The position numbers were made by a program, and so were the translations under genes. This document shows positions 34,183-41,829 of a stretch of DNA of 64,000 bases, in pieces. The notes under the pieces were generated by a model. The model did not search any database. It saw nothing but the letters and a program-made list of their open reading frames with translations, and was not told the DNA's origin. The stretch is from Nitrospinota bacterium (GTDB taxonomy: Bacteria; UBA8248), in the NCBI GenBank assembly GCA_036231405.1, contig JAZAHK010000002.1, positions 39,857-103,856 of the forward strand. The letters are read 5' to 3'. Each line of letters begins with the position of its first letter. Within the stretch, counting starts at the first letter, position 1.

Positions 34183-36078
34183 GTGCTTACGTATTTAAGA
34201 AGTAAAGGAAATTCTCTAATTTTAAAAGCGCTACTAGCATTTGTAGCGTTAACATTCGTCACTTGGGGAGGATTTTCTCTCTCTCAGGGACCTAGTTCTA
34301 ATGCCGCAAGAATTGCAATTCAGGTAGATGACTCTTCTATTTCCATTAAGGATTTTGAAGCTCGGTATTTGATTAAAATGGAGGCCATGAGAAAACAATT
34401 GGGCCCTCTTTTTAACGAAGAACTTGTCAAGAAAATGGGTTTTAGGAAGAGTATTTTTAGCAGTATGGTTATCGAGTTATTGCAAATCAAGGAATCGAAA
34501 AGGTTAGGGATATCTGTTTCCAAAGAGGAAGTACGCTCAATAATAGAAGATATGCCACATTTTAAGAGGAGTGGAAAGTTTGACTCCAATTTATATTTTA
34601 AATTACTAGATTCGAATAGAGTTACTCCAAAAATGTTTGAGAATGATATTGAAAATCAGCTTATTCTTCAGCGTCTTAGAGATTATGTTGGACTCGGTGT
34701 CTCGGTTGATGAAGAGGATGTTTTAGAATCTTTTAGATTCGATAATGATATGACCGCTATACAATATGTTGATTTGAATTTTAATTTTTTTGAAAAGAAT
34801 GTTTCGTTGACGAAGGCAAAACTAGAAAAATTTTATACAAAGAAGAAAGAGGATTTTCGAGTAGCTGAAAAGAGAAACGTAAGATGGTGGTACATTTCAT
34901 ACGGTTCTGTTAAGTCAAAGATTGAAATTTCTGAATCTAAAATTAAGGCTAGATACTCCCAGACTAAAAATCGTTACAAAGTCAAAGGCAAGGCGGAATT
35001 AAGTCAAATATTTTTAAAAAGTTCTCCTGGCGTTTCTAAAGAAGAATTAGTTAAATTAGAAAAATCATTAGCTTCGATAAGACAACGAATAGAGAATGGG
35101 GAGAATTTTTCCGAATTAGCTAAAATATATTCTCAAGGACCTGCAGCAAAGAAGGGTGGTAATCTTGGAATAGTCAATGAATCCGATATACTTCCAGAAA
35201 TTCGTAAGTATTTAAATAAGATGAAAAAAGGAGAACTTAGTGTTCCGATCAAATCTTCTTTTGGTTTTCATCTTGTGTTTCTGAAGGATAGAAAAAAAGG
35301 ACGTCTAAAAAGTTTGGAAGAAGTCCGAACAGAGGTAAAGAAGGATATTTTGAATATAAGTGCACCTGGTTATGCGGAGAATTTTTTGAAAAAAATAAGA
35401 TATGCTTATGAAGATAATAAGAAACTACCTGAAGTTGGAACTTTAGTAGAGGGAGAAAGTGGGTTTTTCGAAGAGAAAGATCCGCCGAAATTTATTCCTG
35501 ATAAAGAACTGTTGTCAGATCTTTCCTTTTCTTTATCTAGGAAGAATAAAATTTCTCGTGAAAAGAAAGGGAAAAACGGGGTGATGTTTGTTTCACTGTT
35601 AGGAAAGAAGAGTTCGGTTATCCCTGAATTTTCGACAATTTTAAGTAAAGTGAAGAAAAAATTTGTTGTTCAAGAAAGCGAAAAGCTTGCAAAGATAGAG
35701 GCAGAAAAATATTTGGGAAAATTAAGAACTGGGGTAAGTTCACTAAATCAAATCTCAAAAGATTTTGATGTGAAAATTGAAAAGACCAAGAAATTCTCTA
35801 GGTCAAGGGTTCCAATTTTTCTTCAGAACAATAGAAAGGAAATATCTGAATTATTCTCTTTTGGAAAAAATAAGTTTGGGAAAATTATTCTTCCTAATAA
35901 GTTTATTTTGTTCAAGGTTTTGATTGATCCTAGTAGTGACATGAAGAATTATGATAAACAAAAAGTAGAAATCAGAAAGAGGGTTTTAGAAGAGAAGAGA
36001 TCCCTTCTGTACAATCGTTATTTGCAGTCCTTAAGACAGTCTTCGAAAATTCTTTTGGGTCCAGGATTTAAACTTTAA
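34183..36078 (+). CDS. ppiD: Membrane-anchored periplasmic chaperone/PPIase, PpiD/SurA-like
   Basis: N-terminal TM (MLTYLR..FVTWG), SurA_N region, parvulin motif FSELAKIYSQGPAAKKGGNLG and SSFGFHLV; divergent from mreB. Confidence 0.8.
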   Translation: MLTYLRSKGNSLILKALLAFVALTFVTWGGFSLSQGPSSNAARIAIQVDDSSISIKDFEARYLIKMEAMRKQLGPLFNEELVKKMGFRKSIFSSMVIELLQIKESKRLGISVSKEEVRSIIEDMPHFKRSGKFDSNLYFKLLDSNRVTPKMFENDIENQLILQRLRDYVGLGVSVDEEDVLESFRFDNDMTAIQYVDLNFNFFEKNVSLTKAKLEKFYTKKKEDFRVAEKRNVRWWYISYGSVKSKIEISESKIKARYSQTKNRYKVKGKAELSQIFLKSSPGVSKEELVKLEKSLASIRQRIENGENFSELAKIYSQGPAAKKGGNLGIVNESDILPEIRKYLNKMKKGELSVPIKSSFGFHLVFLKDRKKGRLKSLEEVRTEVKKDILNISAPGYAENFLKKIRYAYEDNKKLPEVGTLVEGESGFFEEKDPPKFIPDKELLSDLSFSLSRKNKISREKKGKNGVMFVSLLGKKSSVIPEFSTILSKVKKKFVVQESEKLAKIEAEKYLGKLRTGVSSLNQISKDFDVKIEKTKKFSRSRVPIFLQNNRKEISELFSFGKNKFGKIILPNKFILFKVLIDPSSDMKNYDKQKVEIRKRVLEEKRSLLYNRYLQSLRQSSKILLGPGFKL

Positions 36079-36099
36079 TATAGATTGTTTTAAATTCAA

Positions 36100-36414
36100 T
36101 CAATCCCAAAAGTCTTTCTTGTCTTCCTCTCTGAATGTGTGTTTTTCCTTTACTCGTTCTTCAAATGTTTTGTTCGCTTGCTCTTTTTGAATCTTTTGTT
36201 TCTCAAATAAATCGCTGAATTCGATCTTCTTTTTGTTTTTTGCTTCTAGGAAGGGGTCTTTAATTTGATGTCTTGACATTGAAGCTATTTGATTAGTTAT
36301 TTGGATTTTTATCTTATGACCCGACACAATTCCAAGTTTCTTCATTATCTCTTTTGATAGGTAGATTCTACCTTTGTCTCCAACATCTAGAATGTAAGTA
36401 TGCTCATCTGACAT
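36100..36414 (-). CDS. Small protein with N-terminal AbrB/MazE/SpoVT-type DNA-binding domain and charged helical tail
   Basis: VGDKGRIYLSKEIMKKLGIVSGHKI matches the swapped-hairpin pattern; GGAGG RBS upstream. Confidence 0.6.
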   Translation of the reverse strand: MSDEHTYILDVGDKGRIYLSKEIMKKLGIVSGHKIKIQITNQIASMSRHQIKDPFLEAKNKKKIEFSDLFEKQKIQKEQANKTFEERVKEKHTFREEDKKDFWD

Positions 36415-36480
36415 TGTCTTGCCTCCAGTTTTTTTTCGACTTTTTCAAATCCATAATATGTAAAAATTAAAAGAACCTCT

Positions 36481-37317
36481 TTAAGAGGAATTAGGCTTTC
36501 TACGTTTTCTTAAAACATGCATATGATTTAGTGGTCCTTGACCTCTCCCAATCGTGAGAGAAGATTCTATACATTTCTGTATAAAATCTTTTGCATCTTT
36601 AATCGCACTCCTTAAAGAGAGTCCGTGAGCTAGACCGCATGCAATTGCAGAAGAGAGCGTACAGCCAGTTCCATGGGTATTCTTTGTGTCGACAAAAATC
36701 CCTTTGTAAGTATAGCAAGTGGAGCCATAACATAAAATATCAGTAGATCCTCCTTGTAAATGCCCACCTTTGAGTAGAACGGCTTTTGGACCTATCCTTT
36801 TTATATTTCTCGATATTTCTTTCATTTCGTTGATTGTTTTCACTTCGTCCTTTAATTTTAGTATTTGTTTGGCCTCTTCGATATTTGGAGTTATGAGCGT
36901 AGCTAATGGAAAAAGTTCGTTAATTAGACATGGAATAGAATTCTTAGACAACAGTTTATCTCCAGTTTTCGAAAGCATTACGGGATCTACAATAACATTT
37001 GGTATTTTATATTTTTCAATCATTTCACAAACAACCTTAATGGTCTTCTTGTTGACAAGCATTCCAACCTTGAGTGCGTCAATGGGGAAGTCTGTACAAA
37101 CAGAATCAATTTGTTTTTTGATAACATCTACTGGAATAGGAACAATTTTTTGAATTTTAAAAGTATTTTGCGCTGTTATGGCAGTTATTACAGAAGTTCC
37201 ATATACATCAAAAACAGTGAATGTTTTTAGATCAGCTTGTATTCCTGCGCCTCCAGAAGAGTCAGAGCCGGCTATCGATAATGCGACAGGGAGTTTTTTT
37301 CTTTTTCTATTTTTCAA
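36481..37317 (-). CDS. thiD: Hydroxymethylpyrimidine/phosphomethylpyrimidine kinase
   Basis: [48 protein letters not shown]. Confidence 0.96.
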   Translation of the reverse strand: MKNRKRKKLPVALSIAGSDSSGGAGIQADLKTFTVFDVYGTSVITAITAQNTFKIQKIVPIPVDVIKKQIDSVCTDFPIDALKVGMLVNKKTIKVVCEMIEKYKIPNVIVDPVMLSKTGDKLLSKNSIPCLINELFPLATLITPNIEEAKQILKLKDEVKTINEMKEISRNIKRIGPKAVLLKGGHLQGGSTDILCYGSTCYTYKGIFVDTKNTHGTGCTLSSAIACGLAHGLSLRSAIKDAKDFIQKCIESSLTIGRGQGPLNHMHVLRKRRKPNSS

Positions 37318-37408
37318 AAAATTGTCCTTAAACGATTTATTCTTAAACTTTTTTATATATCACAGAATTAGTTGATGCAATTATAAATGAAATATGTGAA
37401 TTAAAATA

Positions 37409-37442
37409 TATTCTTGACAAAAATATTTAGGAATAATAACGT
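37409..37442 (+). promoter_or_regulatory. sigma70 promoter of the cys operon with overlapping Rrf2-type inverted repeat
   Basis: TTGACA(37414-37419)-17 nt-TAACGT(37437-37442); dyad TATTCTTGA-N9-TTAGGAATA at 37409-37435; AGGAGAGG RBS before TTG 37478. Confidence 0.65.
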
Positions 37443-37477
37443 TATAAAGTTTTTTATATTTAGGAGAGGATTAACTA

Positions 37478-38440
37478 TTGAGTCCTTCTGGTATAAGAGG
37501 TAGACCTCCAAAGTTTTCGAGAATCCTCCCCGATGTTCTTAGTCGGGTCGGTTCAACACCTTTAATAGAGTTGAAAAAACTCCCTGATAGTAATGGCGCG
37601 CGTGTTTTTGCAAAAATAGAACAATTGAATCCTGGTGGAAGTGTAAAAGATCGAATTGCTCTAAATATGGTCCTCGATGCTGAAAGACGAGGTCTGATAG
37701 AAAAAGGTTCCACTATTATAGAACCTACAAGTGGGAATACTGGTATTGGGTTGGCAATGGTTGGTGCTGTCCTGGGTTATAATGTAATTATTGTACTAAG
37801 CGAGAGCATGAGTCATGAGAGAAAGTCGATTCTGGCGAATTTTGGCGCAGAGGTTATTTTGAGTCCCAGTGAAGGGGGAATGTATGGTTCTGTAGTTAAA
37901 GCGAATGAAATTCTCTCAGAGAATCCTGGTTTTTACATGCCACAACAGTTTAATAATCAAGCCAATCCAGAGGTACATAGAAACTATACGGTTAGAGAGA
38001 TTCTTCGCGATATGGGTCCAAAAACTGTAGGTGCATTTGTTGCGGGTGTAGGAACTGGTGGAACAATCACGGGTGTTGGTGACGTTCTAAAGTCAATAAA
38101 TTCAGGAACCATGATTGTTGCTGTTGAACCTAAAGGCTGTGCAGTTTTATCAGGTGAAAAACCAGGACCACACCGAATACAGGGCATTGGAGCTGGTTTT
38201 ATCCCTAATGTTTTAAACTTGGATTTAATAGATAAAATTAAGACAGTTTCTGATCAGGATGCCTATGATTTTTCAAAAGCCTTAAGCAAGGAAGAAGGAA
38301 TTCTCGCAGGAATTTCTTCTGGGGCCGCTACTTTTGCAGCTGTATCGATTGCAAGTGAAATGTCTAGAGAAGAAAATGTTGTCGTGATTTTACCTGATAG
38401 TGCTGAGCGTTATTATAGTTTGGAGCCCTATTTTGGATGA
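37478..38440 (+). CDS. cysK: Cysteine synthase A (O-acetylserine sulfhydrylase)
   Basis: NPGGSVKDR (PLP Lys), EPTSGNTG, QQFNNQANP, GVGTGGT, CysK-type HRIQGIGAGFIP, GISSGA. Confidence 0.93.
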   Translation: MSPSGIRGRPPKFSRILPDVLSRVGSTPLIELKKLPDSNGARVFAKIEQLNPGGSVKDRIALNMVLDAERRGLIEKGSTIIEPTSGNTGIGLAMVGAVLGYNVIIVLSESMSHERKSILANFGAEVILSPSEGGMYGSVVKANEILSENPGFYMPQQFNNQANPEVHRNYTVREILRDMGPKTVGAFVAGVGTGGTITGVGDVLKSINSGTMIVAVEPKGCAVLSGEKPGPHRIQGIGAGFIPNVLNLDLIDKIKTVSDQDAYDFSKALSKEEGILAGISSGAATFAAVSIASEMSREENVVVILPDSAERYYSLEPYFG

Positions 38441-38484
38441 ATTGTGTTTTTTATTTTAGGTTCGTAATTTTATGGGAGAAAAAT

Positions 38485-38763
38485 ATGGCAATTGTCATTC
38501 GAATACCTACCCCCCTACAGGAGTTTTCTGAAAATAGAGAAACTGTTGAAGTGGAAAGTGATAATGTTAAAGACGCTCTAGAAGCTTTAGATGCTGAATG
38601 TCCAGGTATCAAGAGTAGATTATATGATGAAGATGGGAAACTACGTCGTTTTGTCAATATTTACGTTAATCAGGAAGATATACGTTTTTTGAAAGGCGAA
38701 GGAACGTTGTTGAACGAGACTGATGAAATATCTATTATTCCAGCAATAGCTGGTGGAATTTAA
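38485..38763 (+). CDS. MoaD/CysO-type ubiquitin-like sulfur carrier, precursor ending GG-I
   Basis: IRIPTPL, RRFVNIYVNQEDIRFL, IIPAIAGG-I; ATG 38485 after GGGAG gives 92 aa. Confidence 0.9.
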   Translation: MAIVIRIPTPLQEFSENRETVEVESDNVKDALEALDAECPGIKSRLYDEDGKLRRFVNIYVNQEDIRFLKGEGTLLNETDEISIIPAIAGGI

Positions 38764-38833
38764 CTGGTGGGGTCGACCACTCTGGCCCGAGCAATAATTA
38801 TCAGTTGCAGTTGTTTTTAGAGAAGGATTTCTC

Positions 38834-39766
38834 ATGAGTAGATTTGAAATTGAGTCATCGGTGACACCTTTTAAAGATATAGAAAATTCACAGATCCTCA
38901 AACAGATTGGAAACACACCACTTCTGAAAGTTGAACTTTTCAAAGATGAATTTCCCGATGTTGAAGTTTATGGGAAAGCAGAGTGGTTTAATCCGGGAGG
39001 TTCTGTGAAGGACAGACCAGCACTCAATATGGTTAAAGAAGGAATAAATTCTGGAGTTCTTTGCCCAGGGAAGGTATTGTTAGATTCTACGAGCGGGAAT
39101 ACTGGCATTGCATACGCTATGATAGGTGCTGCATTGAATATTCCCATTTCCCTTGTAATACCAGAAAATGCAAGTTCTGAACGTATAGAAACTTTGAAAA
39201 AGTATGGTGCAGATTTGATTTTTTCAAGTCCTATGGAAGGATCAGACGGTGCACAACGAATGGCAAGAAAATTATACGAAGAAAATCCAGATTTATTTTT
39301 TATGCCATGCCAGTATGACAACTCGTTCAACCCGTTAGCACACGAAGAGACTACAGCCTTAGAGATTCTTGATCAAACGGATGGAAAAGTTCAGCATTTT
39401 GTTGCAAGTCTAGGCACTACGGGAACTCTGGTAGGTACAGGACGTGGGTTGAAGAAAAACAAGCCTGACGTGAAAGTTCATGCTGTTATGCCTTCCGAAC
39501 CTTTTCATGGCTTAGAGGGAATGAAACACATCCCATCCTCTATTCGACCAGGGATATATGATGTTGCAGTTCATGATAATTTGATTCTTTCAGGCACTGA
39601 ATCTAGTTATGATTATGCTGAGAAAATTTCTATTAAGGAGGGATTGTTTGTTGGACACTCTTCTGGGGCAGCCCTCGTAGGAGTTCATGAAGTAGCAAAA
39701 TCAATTAAAAAGGGTGTGATAGTAACAATTTTTCCAGATGGTGGAGATCGTTACCTTGCACCTTAA
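38834..39766 (+). CDS. cysM: Second cysteine synthase-family PLP enzyme (CysM-like, likely carrier-dependent)
   Basis: NPGGSVKDR, DSTSGNTG, LGTTGT, GLEGMKH (basic residue instead of CysK QGIGAG), PDGGDRYL; flanked by carrier and JAMM genes. Confidence 0.75.
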   Translation: MSRFEIESSVTPFKDIENSQILKQIGNTPLLKVELFKDEFPDVEVYGKAEWFNPGGSVKDRPALNMVKEGINSGVLCPGKVLLDSTSGNTGIAYAMIGAALNIPISLVIPENASSERIETLKKYGADLIFSSPMEGSDGAQRMARKLYEENPDLFFMPCQYDNSFNPLAHEETTALEILDQTDGKVQHFVASLGTTGTLVGTGRGLKKNKPDVKVHAVMPSEPFHGLEGMKHIPSSIRPGIYDVAVHDNLILSGTESSYDYAEKISIKEGLFVGHSSGAALVGVHEVAKSIKKGVIVTIFPDGGDRYLAP

Positions 39767-39778
39767 TCGAGGATGTAA

Positions 39779-40258
39779 TTGAGACTTTTAAGGAAACAAA
39801 CAGACCTGATTTTTTCACACGCGGAATCTAACTATCCAGATGAGTGTTGTGGTTTGATTGTGGGTCCTAAAGGTGAAGATTCTGATCTCGGGGATTTTGA
39901 AATTATTTTGTGCCGTAATATTCAGAATGATATGCATAAATTGGATCCAGAGACCTATCCTAGGACAGCACGTACAGCTTTTTTAATTGAGCCAAAAGAG
40001 TTTCTTCGTATTGATAATTCTGCAAAAGAAGGGAAGGTTTTAAAGGCTATATTCCACAGCCATCCTGATGAAGAATCGTATTTTTCAGATGAAGATAAAA
40101 GGGCGGCTGTCCCTTTTGGAGATATTCCCACTTTTCCTGATGCTAATCATGTAGTTATTAGCATTCGTCAAAATGAAGTAAAAGAAACAAAAGTGTTCGC
40201 CTGGGATCAAGGGAAAAAGAATTTTGTCCAGAGGGTTTTTAATGTTGTCGATGATTAG
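39779..40258 (+). CDS. mec: JAMM/MPN+ (M67) zinc metallopeptidase, Mec+-like
   Basis: YPDECCG and HSHP-x6-S-x2-D (HSHPDEESYFSDED); TTG start after GAGG. Confidence 0.88.
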   Translation: MRLLRKQTDLIFSHAESNYPDECCGLIVGPKGEDSDLGDFEIILCRNIQNDMHKLDPETYPRTARTAFLIEPKEFLRIDNSAKEGKVLKAIFHSHPDEESYFSDEDKRAAVPFGDIPTFPDANHVVISIRQNEVKETKVFAWDQGKKNFVQRVFNVVDD

Positions 40259-40287
40259 ATCCTTTTCAAAGTCTGTAGAGGTAAAAA

Positions 40288-40755
40288 TTGAAGGTATCGA
40301 CAAAAGGTAGATATGCTGTAATGGCAATGGTTGAATTGGCTCTTTTTTCGCAATCGGAGCCAGTCTCCTTGTCCCAGATAGCAAGAAGACTAAATATTAG
40401 CCAAAGTTATCTTGAGCAACTTTTCGTAAAGATGAGAAGGTCTAGTTTAGTTAGAAGCACTCGAGGACCTGGAGGTGGTTATGTGCTTGCAAAACCGCCT
40501 GCTGAAATTGATATGAAAACATTACTTTGTTCAGTTGGGGAATCGATCGTTCCCGTTGACATAAATCTTGAAAATGGAGGTTTGAAAAGTTCTGGTAATG
40601 AGAATTTGGCTAGTCTGGGTAGTCAATTTTTGTGGAAAGAACTCGAAGGTTCTATTGATAAAACTCTCTCGAGGATATCTCTTGCTGATCTTTGCTCTTC
40701 TGCAGAAAATTCCTTAAGGAAGGCTAAGTATCCAGATTTTCAAGTTGGTATATAG
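40288..40755 (+). CDS. Rrf2-family transcriptional regulator without Fe-S ligands (CymR-like)
   Basis: STKGRYAV, SYLEQLF, STRGPGGGY; the three IscR cluster cysteines are absent; ends QVGI. Confidence 0.9.
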   Translation: MKVSTKGRYAVMAMVELALFSQSEPVSLSQIARRLNISQSYLEQLFVKMRRSSLVRSTRGPGGGYVLAKPPAEIDMKTLLCSVGESIVPVDINLENGGLKSSGNENLASLGSQFLWKELEGSIDKTLSRISLADLCSSAENSLRKAKYPDFQVGI

Positions 40756-40792
40756 TTTTTTATAGTCTCTTTTTTGGAAGGAACAATTCAAA

Positions 40793-41827
40793 ATGACATT
40801 TGAAAAGGTAAGAGCAGCATCTATGGGTTTGGGCCGTTGGGCGAATGTTTTAGCAGATGCAGCTAAACGTGGTGGAAAGATAGACTTGGTTTCATGTTTT
40901 AGTAGGACAGAAGAAAAAAGGAAAATTTTTATGGAATGTTATGATACGAGAGCAGCTAGTTCTTTTGAAGAATTTCTTAAGGATGATGAAATTGAAGCTG
41001 TGATTTTAACTACCCCTAACTATGCACACAGAGAGCATATAGAAGCAATATCTGATTCTGGGAAACATATATATTGTGAGAAACCCATTGCTCATAGTTT
41101 GGAAGACTCTAAAAAAATAGTGGAAACTGTTAGTAGTTCAGGTATTAAACTTGCAGTTGGACATAGTGCGAGGAGGCTATCTATATGTAGAGAAATGAAA
41201 AGTCTCGTTGATAACGGTGCTCTTGGAAAGATCTCTATGAATGAAAGTAATTTTTGCACTGAAAGGGGTCTTGAATTAACTCCAGGTTTATGGCGTTCCG
41301 ATCCGGCATTGAACCCTACAGGCGTGGTTATCCAACTTTCCATTCATCATATTGATACGTTAAGGTTTATGCATGGTCCTATAAAAGAAGTTACTGCAGT
41401 TTTAAGGAGTATTCATACAAAAGCCGACGTGGAAGACGCATCGATGATTGTCATGGAACATGATTCTGGTGTGATTTCCTACGTAGGTTCTGGATGGTCC
41501 TGCCCTTGGGCTTTCCATATGAATATTCATGGCACAGAGGGAATTGCACATTTTCGTATTACAGGTCAACAGTGGAGGGATCCTTCAAAATCTCCCGTTC
41601 CCATAAGATTGCATATTGACAGAGATCCGTTAGGAGAAGATACGGTTTCAGACATGGTTGAAGGAGATATGTTCCGTGATGCATTAGAAGATTTTGCAAT
41701 TTGTGTTAGAGAAGATAGAAGTCCAGAAGTAGATGAGAAAATTGCACACGAATCGCTCGCAGTTGTGCATGCTGCATCAGAAAGCTCAAAATCAAGAAAA
41801 ACAGTGAGTGTTAAAGATTTTCTTTAG
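40793..41827 (+). CDS. Gfo/Idh/MocA family oxidoreductase
   Basis: GLGRWA Rossmann start, TTPN..H, CEKP, IHHID. Confidence 0.88.
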   Translation: MTFEKVRAASMGLGRWANVLADAAKRGGKIDLVSCFSRTEEKRKIFMECYDTRAASSFEEFLKDDEIEAVILTTPNYAHREHIEAISDSGKHIYCEKPIAHSLEDSKKIVETVSSSGIKLAVGHSARRLSICREMKSLVDNGALGKISMNESNFCTERGLELTPGLWRSDPALNPTGVVIQLSIHHIDTLRFMHGPIKEVTAVLRSIHTKADVEDASMIVMEHDSGVISYVGSGWSCPWAFHMNIHGTEGIAHFRITGQQWRDPSKSPVPIRLHIDRDPLGEDTVSDMVEGDMFRDALEDFAICVREDRSPEVDEKIAHESLAVVHAASESSKSRKTVSVKDFL

Positions 41828-41829
41828 TT

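Noticed and set aside
38437-38484. N-terminal extension of the sulfur carrier (MNCVFYFRF...)
   Set aside because: Family similarity begins at ATG 38485, which has its own GGGAG RBS; the ATGA overlap with cysK keeps the longer start possible but less likely.
38752-38836. Programmed frameshift or read-through fusing the carrier to cysM
   Set aside because: No canonical slippery heptamer; the read-through frame and the cysM frame both hit stops before the cysM start.
38485-40258. Ubl + JAMM as a bacterial ubiquitination/anti-phage system (Bil/Bub/CBASS-type)
   Set aside because: No E1, E2 or cyclase; the cysteine synthase context points to sulfur transfer.
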